In this document: in pieces, positions 12,750-25,653 of the stretch
Layout of the letters: each line of letters opens with the position of its first letter
Position numbering within the stretch: position 1 is the first letter of the stretch
DNA from: Octopus sinensis
Lineage: Eukaryota
Length of the DNA: 64,000 nt
Reading direction: 5' to 3'
Assembly: GCF_006345805.1 (NCBI RefSeq)
Contig: NC_043011.1
Coordinates: forward strand, 60,090,464 to 60,154,463
Notes under the pieces: generated by a model
Told to the model about the DNA's origin: nothing
What the model saw: the letters and a program-made list of their open reading frames with translations, nothing else
The model's database searches: none
Made by a program: the position numbers and the translations under genes

Positions 12750-12793
<44 letters not shown>
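12537..12793. repeat. Compound (TA)n/(TATG)n/(TACA)n microsatellite
   Basis: Read directly. It explains the YIYI ORFs at 12445-12852. Confidence 0.95.
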
Positions 12794-12795
<2 letters not shown>

Positions 12796-13498
12796 GTATG
12801 AATATACATATGAAGTAAAATTTCCTTTGGTGAAAATAATAGAAAAGAACAATAAATTGTATATCTGAAATATTTAGTATAAAAATGTATTTTTGTGTGT
12901 TTTATTTGCTGTTAAAATGAGAAAGCTTAATTTAATGGAAGAGTGGGAATATCCAGTAGGATGAGAGGCCATTAATACATCAATACAGAGGAGTTATAGC
13001 TGGGTAATTGGTTGTAATAAACAGAAAACAGGATGGTAAATTTCACAAAAAGAAAGTGAATAAAATAAATAAGCAAAAATAAAACAAAACAGGGATTACT
13101 ATATGTAGCTTAGTGAAGACTATAAGGAGAGAAAGATATATTATTACAAGTGGTTGGAGCTAAGTGTAGGTAGTAGCATTGAAGTAGAATTAGTTAGGCA
13201 AAGAAACCGCAATGATGTTGGTTATTGTTGAAGATGAAAAGAATCGACGTGAGTGAAGTGAATAAGGGAATATAAACAAAATGGAAAGATTGTGTTTTTT
13301 TTTGTAAAATTGTATTCGCTTTTATTTTTACTTTATTTATTTTTTTTCTTTCTTTCTGTTTTATTATACTGGTAGCTTTGATCGTAGGCCTGCTTGATCA
13401 GAATTGAATGTGGTCTAAACAACAACAGCAACTGTAGTGTAGGCATGAAATACGTAACGGATGATATGTTGAAAATAATTGAAAGCAAACATGGGGGA

Positions 13499-13541
<43 letters not shown>

Positions 13542-13634
13542 ATATATATGCATATATATAGCTCTGGTGAGGCAAACAGGAAAAATAGAACTCAAAACAT
13601 GAGTGTGTATGTATGAATATGTATCTATATATAT

Positions 13635-14340
13635 CATCATCATCATTGCTAGCATGGGTTGGACGATTTGACTGAGGACTGCAACCAGATGGCTGCAACA
13701 GGCTCCAATCTCATCTGGCAGAGTTTCTACAGATGGATGCCCTTCCTAATGCCAACCACTCCAAGAGTGTAGTGGGTGCTTTTATGTGCCACTGGTACGA
13801 GGGCCAGTCAGGCGATACTGGCAACGACCATGCTCAAATGGTGCTTTTAACATGCCACATGCACAGGAGCCAGTCCAGCGGCACTGGCAATGACTTCACT
13901 CAAATGTTTTTTCACATACCACCGGCATGGAAGCCAGTTTGCTGTTCTGGTAACGATCATGCTCAGATGGTGCTATATATATACATATATACATATATCA
14001 TCATCATCATCATCATCGTTTAACATCTCTTTTCCATGCTGGCATAGGTTGGACACTTTGACTGAGGTCTGGAGAGCCAGCGGCCACACCAGGCTCCAAT
14101 CTGATCTGGCAGTATTTCTACAACTGGATGCCCTTCCTAACACCAACCACTCCGAGAGTGTAGTGGGTACCTTTTATGTGCCACCAGCACAGGAGCCAGT
14201 CAGGTAGGTCTGGCATCGATCATGTTCGGATAGTGCTTTCCACATGCTACTGGCATGGGGGCCAGTCAGTGAGTACTGGCACTGGCCATGTTTGGGTGGT
14301 GCTTTTTATGTCCCACAGGCACAGAAGCAACAGAGTGACT
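13635..14340 (-). mobile_element. Two adjacent family C retroposon copies with about 65-bp internal tandem subunits
   Basis: Each starts on + with (CAT)n and the ggatgcccttcctaa..ccaaccactcc block, followed by repeated tgccac..ggcac..gccagt..ctggcaa subunits. Confidence 0.8.
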
Positions 14341-14714
14341 CAAGGCCCAAAAATTGTGTGCATTGGCATTTATCAAAATTATACATACAAACATATATAC
14401 ATATACACACACATATATATATATATATATATAATTATGTGAGGTACATAGCTAAATGGTTTGAGTGCTGAGCTGATAGTATTTAGGCCATGAGTTTGAT
14501 TCCTGAGAATCAGACAGTGCATTATGTCCTTCACTTCCCGTTGTTCCAACATTCTACTCAGCTGAGGGTGTGTAGCTGATGTTAACATTGTGATCAGATA
14601 GGGATAAATTCTAGTTTAATTAATGAGCCTGCAGGCTGAATACACCTGAACTCTCTCACTTGTACAGAACAAAATACAGGTTGCTTGTCTTGTCAGATGT
14701 TGCTGAGCTCTCGC

Positions 14715-15267
14715 AGCCCATGCCAGTATAGAAGGTGGATGCATATTGGTGAGGATAAAAGGAGAAAGTAGAAATTCCATACAATGCCTGAACAATGGAT
14801 GCCCAAGAGGTGTCGCAGGATCAGAGGCAGGCTGACAGAAAACGTAGACTTTGTATGCTGGCAGATGCACAGTAATAGTTAGTGCCAGCGTAAATACAAA
14901 CGAAAGAATCTCTTTTAAAAGCTCAGAAATCTTATTAGAATAGTTGTTAGTGTTTGTTACTTAGGCTATCTGATTAATTAAAAGTGGAGGTGGGTGTAGC
15001 AAATGAGTAGTTACTGGGGGTAAGGACAGGCTGGAGAGAGTTCAGGGAGCTATTACCTGTGCTGGTTATGAAAGGTTTCCTCTTGGGGTAAAGGAACCAC
15101 AACTGTATGACACTTATGTATGAAATATGATGCTGCATGGTTAGGAAAGTTTGGCTTCAAATGGAGAGGATTTTCAGACTTTAAACAGAAATGAAGTAGA
15201 GACACTTTACTGGATGTTTGTGAGCCTGAATGATGATGTACAAATGTTTTGAGAGAAAGATTGGATA
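14715..15267 (+). mobile_element. Decayed RTE-clade LINE, reverse transcriptase C-terminal region (part 1)
   Basis: Translation across stops and frameshifts gives RNSIQC / KRCRRIRGRLTENVDFVC / VSVCYLGYLI / NMMLHG*ES, which are typical RTE ORF C-terminal motifs. Confidence 0.75.
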
Positions 15268-15269
15268 TA

Positions 15270-16153
15270 CGAAGTGGTATCAAATAGTTTCCAGACTAGT
15301 TCTGTAGCACACCAACAAATGGCAGCACGTGGTTGTGCGTGCAGTGAGAGCTAGCAGTGACCATCATGAGGCATTGTACCAAGTGACAACACTGTGTTTA
15401 TTTCGCAAGATGGGAATTTTGTGTTTTTGTGATCATGTGTGTCTGCTGTAGTCTGTGATTTTGTCATGGATAGGAACAAAGAGCCAACGTGAGATTTTGT
15501 GTTAAACTTGGGAAGTCTGCTACAGAGACATTGAGCATCCTTTGGCAAGCTTACAGTGATGAGGCAATGGGCTGTGCACAATGTTTTGAGTGGGACTGGC
15601 ACGTGAAAAGCAGAAGAACATCCCTGGAAGATGATGAACAATCAAGAAGACTTGCCATGAACATCATCCTATGAAAATGTGCATCAAGAATTGATCCCCC
15701 AGGACCAGATCGTCAACCAAGAGTTCTACTGTGATGTTTTGAAACATCTGAAGGAGGACATTCGGTGAAAGGGATCAGATCTGTAGAGTGTGGAGAATTA
15801 GATTCTTCACGATGACAAAGCGCCCTGTCACTGACCTCTCCTACTTTTGAGTTTCTTGCCAAAAACAACATGGTATCACTTTCACACCTACCCTATTTTA
15901 CTAGAATGACCATCTGCAGACCTCCATCTCTTGTCCAAGATGAAAACACAACTCAAATGTCTCTGCTTTAACGCTGTTGTCATTATCCAGAGCAAATCGA
16001 CTCATTTATAGATTCCAAAAGTGGCAGGAATGCTAGGACCAGTGTATTGGTGTGCAAGGTGACAATTTGAAAGTAGATGATGCTAAAACTTTGGTAAATA
16101 AGTTATTTTTTTATTAAACATAACTAGTCCGAGAACCATTTGATACCACCTTG
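15270..16153 (+). mobile_element. Internally deleted mariner transposon
   Basis: 32-bp TIRs at 15270-15301 and 16122-16153 (26/32 match), with TA on both sides. Encodes RFCVKLGKSATETLSILWQAYSDEAM..CFEW..SLEDDEQS (HTH), then catalytic-domain remnants (QEFYCDVLKHL, LHDDKAP, FLAKNNMV, LSKMK). Confidence 0.92.
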
Positions 16154-16155
16154 TA

Positions 16156-16590
16156 AGACAAATCAGATGATATGAGCATATAGCCTCTATGGAGGATGAC
16201 CTGTGTAAAAAAGTGTGAAACACTCAAAATGGGGCAAGTGGGAGTTTTGAAAAGAAAGGTCAAAATGGTAAAGACTACTTTCAAAATATTCGTCTAATGA
16301 AAGAGATGACAAAGGTAACATGCAGTGCTGGACAAAACTTATTCACCTGCACAAGCTTGGTGACGCATATGTTAAAATGAAGGTTGTGATGGAGACTGAG
16401 TGGTATATTTGGATCTCTTGCCTACCGACTTTCTCTCTTTGATGTTATATTGCTGGTGTTAGGAAGGGCATCCAGCTGTAGAAACCTTGCCAGATCAGAT
16501 TGGAGCTTGGTGAAGTCCTCAGTCAAACCATCCAACCCACGCCAGCATGGAAAGTGGATGTTAAATGATGATGATGCTGATGATGATGAT
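16156..16590 (+). mobile_element. Decayed RTE-clade LINE, ORF end and 3' tail (part 2)
   Basis: RQIR*YEHIASMEDDLCKKV resembles the RTE RRLRWYGHV..C motif. It is followed by the aggaagggcatccagctgtagaaa...gttaaat(GAT)n tail. Confidence 0.7.
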
Positions 16591-17780
16591 CATCATCATC
16601 TCTCAATAACTCTCTTCAGGGAAAGGTGGTTTTATGCCAGATGTTGATAGGCTAAAGTAAGATACAGGGCAACACAAGTGTTTTGCTATAGAAGAGATAT
16701 ATGGTTATCCCACTTTGTACAGAGGAAGGTAGAAGTAGTTGAGAGGAAACAAAAGAAAATAGTGAGAAAACTTAATATATATTCTTCATCACAAATATAT
16801 ATTCACACACACACACACAGAGTGATTTTATCTCTTCAGAATCTTCAGTAACAACTATTTTGGGTTAGGTAACAAAATTATTCAATATACAAAATTTAAA
16901 GAATATAAAACTTTTAGATGTGAAGGAGCCTCCATTTCCACAAATGTTCTTGTCGATATTGCAAATATGGTTTCATATAAAGTTTTCATTACATAAAATA
17001 TGTAATAAGTGGAACACAATCTCACAAAGTCTTAGAATGGCATTGTAAATAAATTGGCATCAACACAATTATAGTGTAGGTATGTTTTCAGAATTGATAT
17101 TTATATGGAAAAAGTTTTATCGAGATGATGCATATATTAAATATAGATAAATGCAACAAACTAAATAGTCTTGATACAATGATATGCAGAATCAATATTA
17201 TTTGTAATAAAAAAAAAGAAAAAGAAACTTTAAGAATCTTTAGTGGGAAGTAATTGAATATAAGCAGCAAAATATATTCAATATACAAACTTTAAAAAAT
17301 TTTGAAAATTTTTTGGACGTGATGGAGATCTGATTTCACAAATGTATTAGCCAGTGTTGAAGATATATTGTCACATAATGTTTATGGGAAATAGTTAAGA
17401 GGAACCTAATGCAATACTCTTAGAAAGGTATTGTAAATAAATATCATTAAACAATCACACACACACATATAGGTAGTCATCATCATTTTGCATTTGTTAT
17501 CCATAAATTATATTATAAGGAATGCAGTGTTACATAATATAACATACCTGCCAGAGCAAAACGAGCTCGTCAACACAGATTTTTATAAATTTAATTTGAT
17601 CTTATTTTGCTACGAAATAATATTGAGTTCCTTTATTAGAGTTTTTAGTTCTTACTGCTCCAACAAACAGTCACTTCCTGACATAGGTGTGTGTGTGTGT
17701 GTGATATAATGAACTTATTGTATACAATGCTCAGGTGCAGTACAACACATCAGAAAGAATAAAAGAATAAAAGAATAAAA

Positions 17781-17867
<87 letters not shown>

Positions 17868-18131
17868 ATTTATATATATATATATACACACACACATATA
17901 TATACACATGTATCTACACACAGTCACACATATATATACACATATACCTACACACATACATTCACACACACATATATATATGAGAAGAGAGGGTGAGAAC
18001 AAATGTTGGAGTAGATAAAATATTATTACTGTAAAACTGGGCTAACATTTATCTGGAATATAAGTTCACATTTGCTTCATGTATTGCTTTGTGCCTCAAC
18101 AGGACACTTAATTCTGCATGACCCAGTTCAC

Positions 18132-18320
18132 CTAGGTGTTGGATTAGAAATTTGACACACTGTAATATAATGACATCCCGTTCTGAAAGTAATTTGGTCC
18201 TCAACAATGAAACATTACTAAACCTGGACTTTAGCACTGAATTTATGAGATCTCTGTGATGATATTTATGATCCTTATTAACACTAAACAAAGCCTTAAT
18301 GAATGGTTTATGCCTTTCAG
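18132..18320 (-). CDS. Candidate internal coding exon, product unknown (63 codons, phase 1-1)
   Basis: Acceptor tgtaacttgacag and donor G|GTGAAC. Open frame AERHKPFIKALF...ILQCVKFLIQHL in non-repetitive sequence. No family recognised. Confidence 0.3.
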
Positions 18321-19254
18321 CTGTCAAGTTACACATACAATGTGACAGTTGCAACAAGTGCAAGTTATTTTGAAGTTAAGTGAAAGAGAAGAAGGAGAGG
18401 GAGTGAGAGGAGAGTAATGGAGAGGGTTGTCATCGTAGAAAGGTTGCATAGAGTTGGAAGAAAGACAGAGGTTATTGGTGCAGAAGATAACAACAGAAAT
18501 ATGATCTTAAACAAAGAGTAATAATTTGTAGGCTGTTTTAGAAGATTTTTGTTTTTATTCTCAAACATTGAAAATTGGTTAATTTTATTGAAAATATTTG
18601 GAAAGTATGGTAAGAGTAAGAAGATGGATCATATTCCATGATGAAATCTTGCTTTCCTCTGCTGTGTCTTTTGATCAATAAAATGGGAAACAATTGTATT
18701 AAATCCAGTGACAAGAAAGGAGAACTTCTGAGATTTCTAAATTAAGACTGAAAACTTCCAACATTTAATATAACAAGGAATAAAAGAACATCAGAATATA
18801 CTGTTGCTGCTTATCATTATTATTCAAAATTCTGCCGAGGTCAACTTTGCCATTTGACATTTTTGGGATTAGTTGACAAAATATGTACAAGTTGAAAACT
18901 GGGGTCGATGTAGTTGACTTACTCCCTCTCCTGAAGTTGCTAGCCTTGTGCCAAAATTTGAAATCCTTATGATTATTATGAAGGCAGCTAGCAGGCAGGA
19001 TCATTAGTGCACTGAAAGAAAGGCTGTAAAGCCTTTCTTCTGACTTCAGATTCTGAGTTCAAATTCCATCAAGGGTGACTTTACTTTTCATCCTTTCAGG
19101 ATCAATAAAATGAGTACCTGTTGAACCCTGGGGTCAATATAATCAACTTACTTGTCTCCCAAAATTGCTGGCCTTGTGACAAAATTTGAAACTATTCTTC
19201 TTCCTCTTCTTGTTTTAGCAAATTAAATTGCAAGGAAATAGAGATTAAATTCTG

Positions 19255-19670
19255 GTTTTAAATTTTGGCACAAGGTCAGCAAGTTTGAGGGAGGGGTTGA
19301 GTTGATGTAATCAACTCCCCAGTGCTCAACTGCTACTTGTTTTATCGACTCTAAAAGGATGAAAGGCAAAGTTGACCTCAGCAGAAATTGAACTTAGAAT
19401 GTTAAGTTGGACAAAATGGCGTGAAGCATTTTGTCCAGCATGTTAATGGTTCTTTCCTACTCTAGGCACAAGGTCTGGAATTTTTCGGGAGTGGGGAGCT
19501 GTTGATTAGATTGACCCCAGTACACGACTGGTACTTAATTTACTGAAACTGAAAGGATGAAAGGTAAAGTCAACCTCGGTGGAATTTGAACTCAGAACAT
19601 AAAGACAAACGAAATACCGCTAAGTATTTCGCCCGGCGTACTAACATTTCTGCCAGCTTGCTGTCTTAAA
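19255..19670 (-). mobile_element. Two tandem family E SINE copies
   Basis: The block ggatgaaagg(c/t)aaagt(t/c)(g/a)acctc..aa(a/t)ttgaact occurs twice, at about 19357 and 19555. Confidence 0.8.
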
Positions 19671-20448
19671 TGAAGATCAAATATTGACAAGAAAACAGAC
19701 AAACGGATAGTTTTGAATAAAATGTCTCCTTGGTATTCATTCTGTTTGAACTGCATACACACCTCCTTATCAGTCTTGCCACAGAAACAGCAGTGAACAA
19801 ACAATTGGCCAGTTGGACACCTATAACCAATAATGTATTTGCTCTTCAGTTAAAAGGCTCACTCTACAACAACACAGATTTGGGTTCAGCCCCACTGCAT
19901 GGCATCTGGTGGTGGGGAGTGTCTTTCTCTTTCATATTGAGCTGGCTAATGCTTTGTGAGTGAATTTGGAAGACAGAAACTGTGAGGAAGCCCACTGTGT
20001 GTGTGTGTGAGTATGTATTTTGTTGTATTTTGGGATGGTCAATCTTTTTTTTTTTGCCAAATAAACACAGGCACTATGTGGCTGTTCTACACTCGTTTAT
20101 TACTGTTCTTATTCTTCTAACTCATGTAAATTGTCCAGAAATCTTTTGTCATACATCTGTGACCCCTTCAGTGACACTTTCCATCCATGTGTGTGCTCTT
20201 GCTCTGCTTCGTCCATTCTGTTTTAACACATGGTTCCACATCAAGAATCTTGCAATGCAAATTCATAAATGTATATATATACATATATAAATTAAAGTAT
20301 ACGGTATAATAGACCACGCCAACTGATTTCACACAGGATAGAAGATAACCAGATATTAAATAACAGGGAGATGTTCTAAATATATGTGCAATTTGATGCT
20401 GGCAGATACAGAACAAATATAGCAACTCAGCCTGAGGGATTCTTACAC

Positions 20449-20489
<41 letters not shown>

Positions 20490-21681
20490 CATGCATATGT
20501 GTGTGCATATGTGTGTCTATTTGTTCCTGCCGTCCAACCACTTGACAGCTGATGCTGGTTTGTCTATCTCTCTTTAACTTAGTGGTTTGGCAAAAGAGAC
20601 CAATATAATAAGTATCAGAAAAGAAGTACTAGGGTAGGAGTGGATTTGTTTGACTGAAGGCAGTGCTCCAGCATGGCTGTAATTCAATGACTGACACAAA
20701 ATAAAATGAAATAAAAATTTTTTTCTTATACCAAAGTCCAGAAAAGACTGCAATATGGATGTGGAGACATTCATTATCCCTTTGAAGATGTAGTAATATT
20801 CTATCAAAGTCTAACTTCTTTGATATCTTCTAGAATGCAAAATAGGCTTTAAATTTTCAAATAATTCAAAATATCAGAAATTATGGTTTTATTTATTTGA
20901 GAAGAGAGGAATTCACCCAACCCTCTCTTTGTTGAAAAGTAGGGGGAAAAAATGGTATAGTTACTAACTGTAGTTGAAAGGTATCTCACTTACCTTACTT
21001 TGGAAGGTGAATCTTTGCTGGAAGGACTGAAAACAATAAAGAGAAAATGTTATATAATGAATAAATTAGTAAAATTTCATTTCCTGAAAAAATCAAAATG
21101 GTATAATTTTGATACAGAAATTTTATATTTTATTTAGAAGAGTCAATGCACGCACATGCATGCACACAAATGTTTATAATATATATATACTCACATCAGT
21201 GTTATATTTCATAACCTAAATATTATGAAGCAAGAACACATAATGTCTATTGCAGTGTTATTGCTGAAATATAAAATGTTTATCTATAAAAATAAAAAGA
21301 ACATTAATTTCTTGTAACAGCTTGCTTAAATTTCCCATCATAGTCACCTAGTTTTATAAATGAAGGAACTACCATGTTGTCATTTGACCTACCAAAATTA
21401 GCAGTTAAATTTCCTTCAAAGAATAACCTTCTGCCCTAAAAATTCCAACAACAACAAACTGGAAGAGACATTGAACAATGTAGCTCAAGCTACACAATGT
21501 CTACAAGGAAAAAAAACATCAAGGCTGCTCATGGCTTGTTATAAAAGGGCTGCTTGAGGTAGGGGAAGAGAAGAAGGAAAGAAGAAAAAGGATTGAGAAA
21601 AAAAGAAAGAAGAAACCTGAAAATGGATTTTCTTTTAACAATTAACTGTCTTTGAAATAATATTAGACAAAAGAGAAGCAT

Positions 21682-22095
21682 AGGTGCAGGAGTGGCTGTG
21701 TGGTAAGTAGCTTGCTAACCAACCACATGGTTCCGGATTCAGTCCCACTGCGTGGCATCTTGGGCAAGTGTCTTCTGCTATGGCCCCGGGCTGACCAATG
21801 CCTTGTGAGTGGATTTGGAAGACAGAAACTGAAAGAAGCATGTCGTATATATGTATATATATATATATGTGTGTGTTTGTGTGTCTGTGTTTGTCCCCCT
21901 AGCATTGCTTGACAACCGATGCTGGTGTGTTTACATCCCCGTCACTTAGCGGTTCGGCAAAAGAGACCGATAGAATAAGTACTGGGCTTACAAAGAATAA
22001 GTCCCGGGGTCGATTTGCTCAACTAAAGGCGGTGCTCCAGCATGGCCGCAGTCAAATGACTGAAACAAGTAAAAGAGTAAAAGAGTAAAGAGAGT
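21682..22095 (+). mobile_element. tRNA-derived SINE, family A, full length, young
   Basis: Little-diverged head, central TA/TG tract, CpG-retaining 3' half and (aaaagagt)n tail. Confidence 0.92.
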
Positions 22096-23103
22096 AATAC
22101 TGGAAACCAGCATTTCTCAAAACCTAGATTACTAATTGAAGCAAATAAATTAATCATTGGTCACATGATGTCTTCATTTTAAAATCCAGCACAAGTTGAA
22201 GTTGTTGCCATATAAATATATCTGCGATTCCTTATTTGTTCTTGAAGATTTAAAACCTTCTAACTAATTAGATTGCTAACAGATAGGAAATAAAATAATT
22301 CCTGACTTCTTAAGTTAAATAGGAATTGATAATGATATCTTCCTGCACCTAAAACTTTTAAGTGTCTAAAACACTTTTGATTGTAACCTGCTTCAGATAA
22401 CACCTGCTTTAAAGTGTAAAAACATTCAGTGATAATTTTATGTGACAATCTTGAGTTTAATTTATGTCCAAACGGCAGATTTTTAATGAGAAAGAAAATT
22501 ATTTTACTAAATCCCTTCAAATTCTCCATCATTTTCAAAATTAATTGAAATACAAATGCAGTGTATTCCACAAGAAAGATAATCATAAAAGAATTGAGCT
22601 GTCTTGTTCCTGCACAATTTATACAGATATAAAGAAAGTATTATACCTTACACACTCTGAACATGAACAACATGCAGCTGTGACCCTTAAATCAAGTCTG
22701 TTGCAAATGCTAGATCTCCCCAATACTGAAGTTCTCTCCTAGCTTACTACATAGCCTCAACATTGCAAAGACTGACTTTTCTCTTTAAGGGCAGGAAATA
22801 TTCCTTCCCATAAGAACTAACCCTATATTAACCCAAGGATGGGACCCTACATTGAAGAAAAAGCGTTTTTAATTAGAATTTATTTCATAAAATTATGACA
22901 ACAAAAAATCAGTTTCTATCGAAGGTTAACAAAAAAAAAAAATATTTAAATCATATTAAAAATTTGATTTTCTAGTTTTTATAGAAAGTATTAATATCAC
23001 CTTAAAAAACCAACCCAAAAGCAAAGCAATAAAACACATTCAAATTATTAACCTAATCTTTTATGTTGTAACCTACAGAATATTTCAACTGGTTCACCTT
23101 CCA

Positions 23104-23480
23104 ATTCTATGATGCTCTGGTGAAACCTGCAATGGAATACTGCACCAACATCTAGGACAGAGATGCTGCTTCACATAAGGGCATCTTAGACTGCATCCCG
23201 ACCAAAGGTCACTGAAGCTTATTAGCATGAAGTCACACACTCTGTTCTCTGACACACAGACGTGATATAATCTCTCTCTCTCTCTCTCTTTCTGCATTTT
23301 GTGTTGATTCTACAGTAGACTCCACTCTTTGGATTTGACTGGTTTTTCCCTACCAACACTCAAACAGTCCTGACTTGTTTTCTTTCCAACCATCAACAAG
23401 ATTTTGTCCACCTCCATGGACTTCCCTTGAATTCCTTCCCTGCTCGTCTTTCACAAACAGCTTTAATATCTAACAATTGA
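23104..23480 (+). mobile_element. Decayed CR1/Jockey-group LINE 3' remnant
   Basis: FYDALVKPAMEYCTNI*D resembles the post-RT LY.aLvrP.lEYc..vW motif. Downstream sequence is heavily degraded. Confidence 0.5.
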
Positions 23481-23515
23481 GGAACATAAGTTCTTCAAAT
23501 TTTTCTCTGCAATAT

Positions 23516-24232
23516 AGGTGTAGGAGTGGCTGTGTGATAAGTAGCTTGCTTACCAACCACATGGTTCCGGGTTCAGTCCCACTGCGTGGCACCTTGGGCA
23601 AGTGTCTTCTACTATAGCCTGCAGCCGACCAAGGCCTTGTGAGTGGATTTGGTAGACAGAAACTGAAAGAAGCCCATCGTATATATGTATATATATATAT
23701 ATGTGGAGGTGCAATGGCCCCCTGGTTAGGGCAGCAGACTCGCGGTTATAGGATCATGGTTTCGATTTCCAGACCGGGCGTTGTGAGTGTTTATTGAGCG
23801 AAAGCACCTAAAGCTCCACGAGACTCCGGCAGGGATGTTGGTGATCTCTGCTATACTCTTTCACCACAACTTTCTTTCACTCTTTCTTCTGTTGGCCTGC
23901 TCACTTAGCCAGCGGGGTGGCGTCATTTGAAGGCTAAAACAATGCAAAGCACATTGTGACCAGCGATGTGTAACAACATCTGATAGCCTGGTCGGTCACG
24001 GTGATATATATATATATGTGTGTGTGTGTGAGTGTGTGTCTGTGTTTGTCCCCCCCAACATCGCTTGACAACTGATGCTGGTGTGTTTACGTCCCCGTAA
24101 CTTAGCGGTTTGGCAAAAGAGACCGATAGAATAAGTACTAGGCATACAAAGAATAAGTCCTGGGGTTGATTTGCTTGACTAAAGGCGGTGCTCCAGCATG
24201 GCCGTAGTCAAATGACTGAAACAAGTAAAAGA
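23516..24232 (+). mobile_element. Family A SINE interrupted in its (TA)n tract by a second SINE
   Basis: Head at 23516-23700 and tail at 24005-24232, with a nested element between them. Confidence 0.88.
23703..24004 (+). mobile_element. tRNA-derived SINE, family D, nested in (TA)n
   Basis: Has A-box tggccccctggttagg and B-box gtttcgatttc. TA tracts on both sides. A related 3' end lies on the - strand at about 57255-57320. Confidence 0.85.
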
Positions 24233-24499
24233 CTAATTTTGAAAAGAACATGTTGCTACATATTAGACGTGTTGTATTATGAAAGCCAATAAATAAGCCC
24301 CCCACTTGTCCGTTTGTTTACATTCTGTCTTTCCTCCTAAATTTTTCATCACACCAACACTATACCCATTGGTCTGTCAACAAATTTCACTCATAAAGAA
24401 TGAGTTGGCCCATGGCTAAAGTTGAAGACAATTGTTTAAGGTGCCATCAAGTAAGACTAAACCAGAGACAATGTGATATCAATGAGAACTTGTTAAATA

Positions 24500-24770
24500 C
24501 ATAGATCCCTGTGCCGGTGGCACGTAAAAAGCACCAACCAATCGTGGCCATTGCCAGCTTCACCTGGCACCTGTACTGGTGGCACGTAAAAAGCACCCAC
24601 TACACTCACGGAGTGGTTGGCGTTAGGAAGGGCATCAAGTTGTAGAAACACTGCCAGATCAGACTGGGCCTGGTGCAGCCTCCTGGCTTCCAGACCCCAG
24701 TCAAACCGTCCAACCCATGCTAGCATGAAAAACGGACGTTAAACGATAATGATGGTGATGATGATTGTCT
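24500..24770 (+). mobile_element. Family C retroposon, well preserved
   Basis: Two gtggcacgtaaaaagcacc subunits about 63 bp apart, the conserved RTE-type tail and a (GAT)n end. Confidence 0.85.
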
Positions 24771-25617
24771 TCACCCATGATGTATTGGCCAATTACTTCA
24801 CACAACTTTGGGAATTATCATTTAGCTGAAAACATCGTTTTTGTATTTGTCTGTTATATAAACTATTATGTAGACAGTTGTTGTTTAACCCCAGGCTAGC
24901 CTTGATTGAGCAGACTTGTGATCAAAGAAGCTCCAGCCATTACCATACTGTGTTTTTGTATATCAGAGACATTTTTGTGTTCTTTGTTTAATATGGTAGG
25001 AAGTGGCTTAAAGGGAAATTTTGCTGCCTTGCCTAGCAGATTGTCCAGACACATAGAAGATTGTTAACTATCAACATTGTTGCTGTTTAGCTCCAGGTTA
25101 GTGATAATCAATTGGACTTGGAAGATATATGATATTCCAGCCTTGGCTATCTTGAATTTTTATTTGGATGTTGTGTGTGTGTGTGTGTAAAAATTTGTAA
25201 TGCAATGTATAGATTCATAGAATCCTGCGATGATCACAGACAGTTTCTCTCGTCAACCTGGCTACCATACCAGAGTTGAAGCATTGGTATAACCATACTG
25301 TTCTGGTGATCTGAAGAGCTAACCTTCTATATCTGCATTGATTTGTATATGTGCAATTCTACTGTGCAATGTGTAGCATGCATATTGGTGCAGGCATGTA
25401 AAATAAATTATTATACACTGAAATTATTATGACATGTTGAAGGTTGCAAAATGGAAGAAATCCTACAGATATCAAGTGGTTAGATATATTCACCTCTCAT
25501 ACCACCTGACCTTTTTTTATTGCATATATATATATATATATACACACACACATATATATACATATATATATACTATACATGGAAACTGAAAAAAGCCCAT
25601 CATATACATGTTTGATG

Positions 25618-25653
<36 letters not shown>

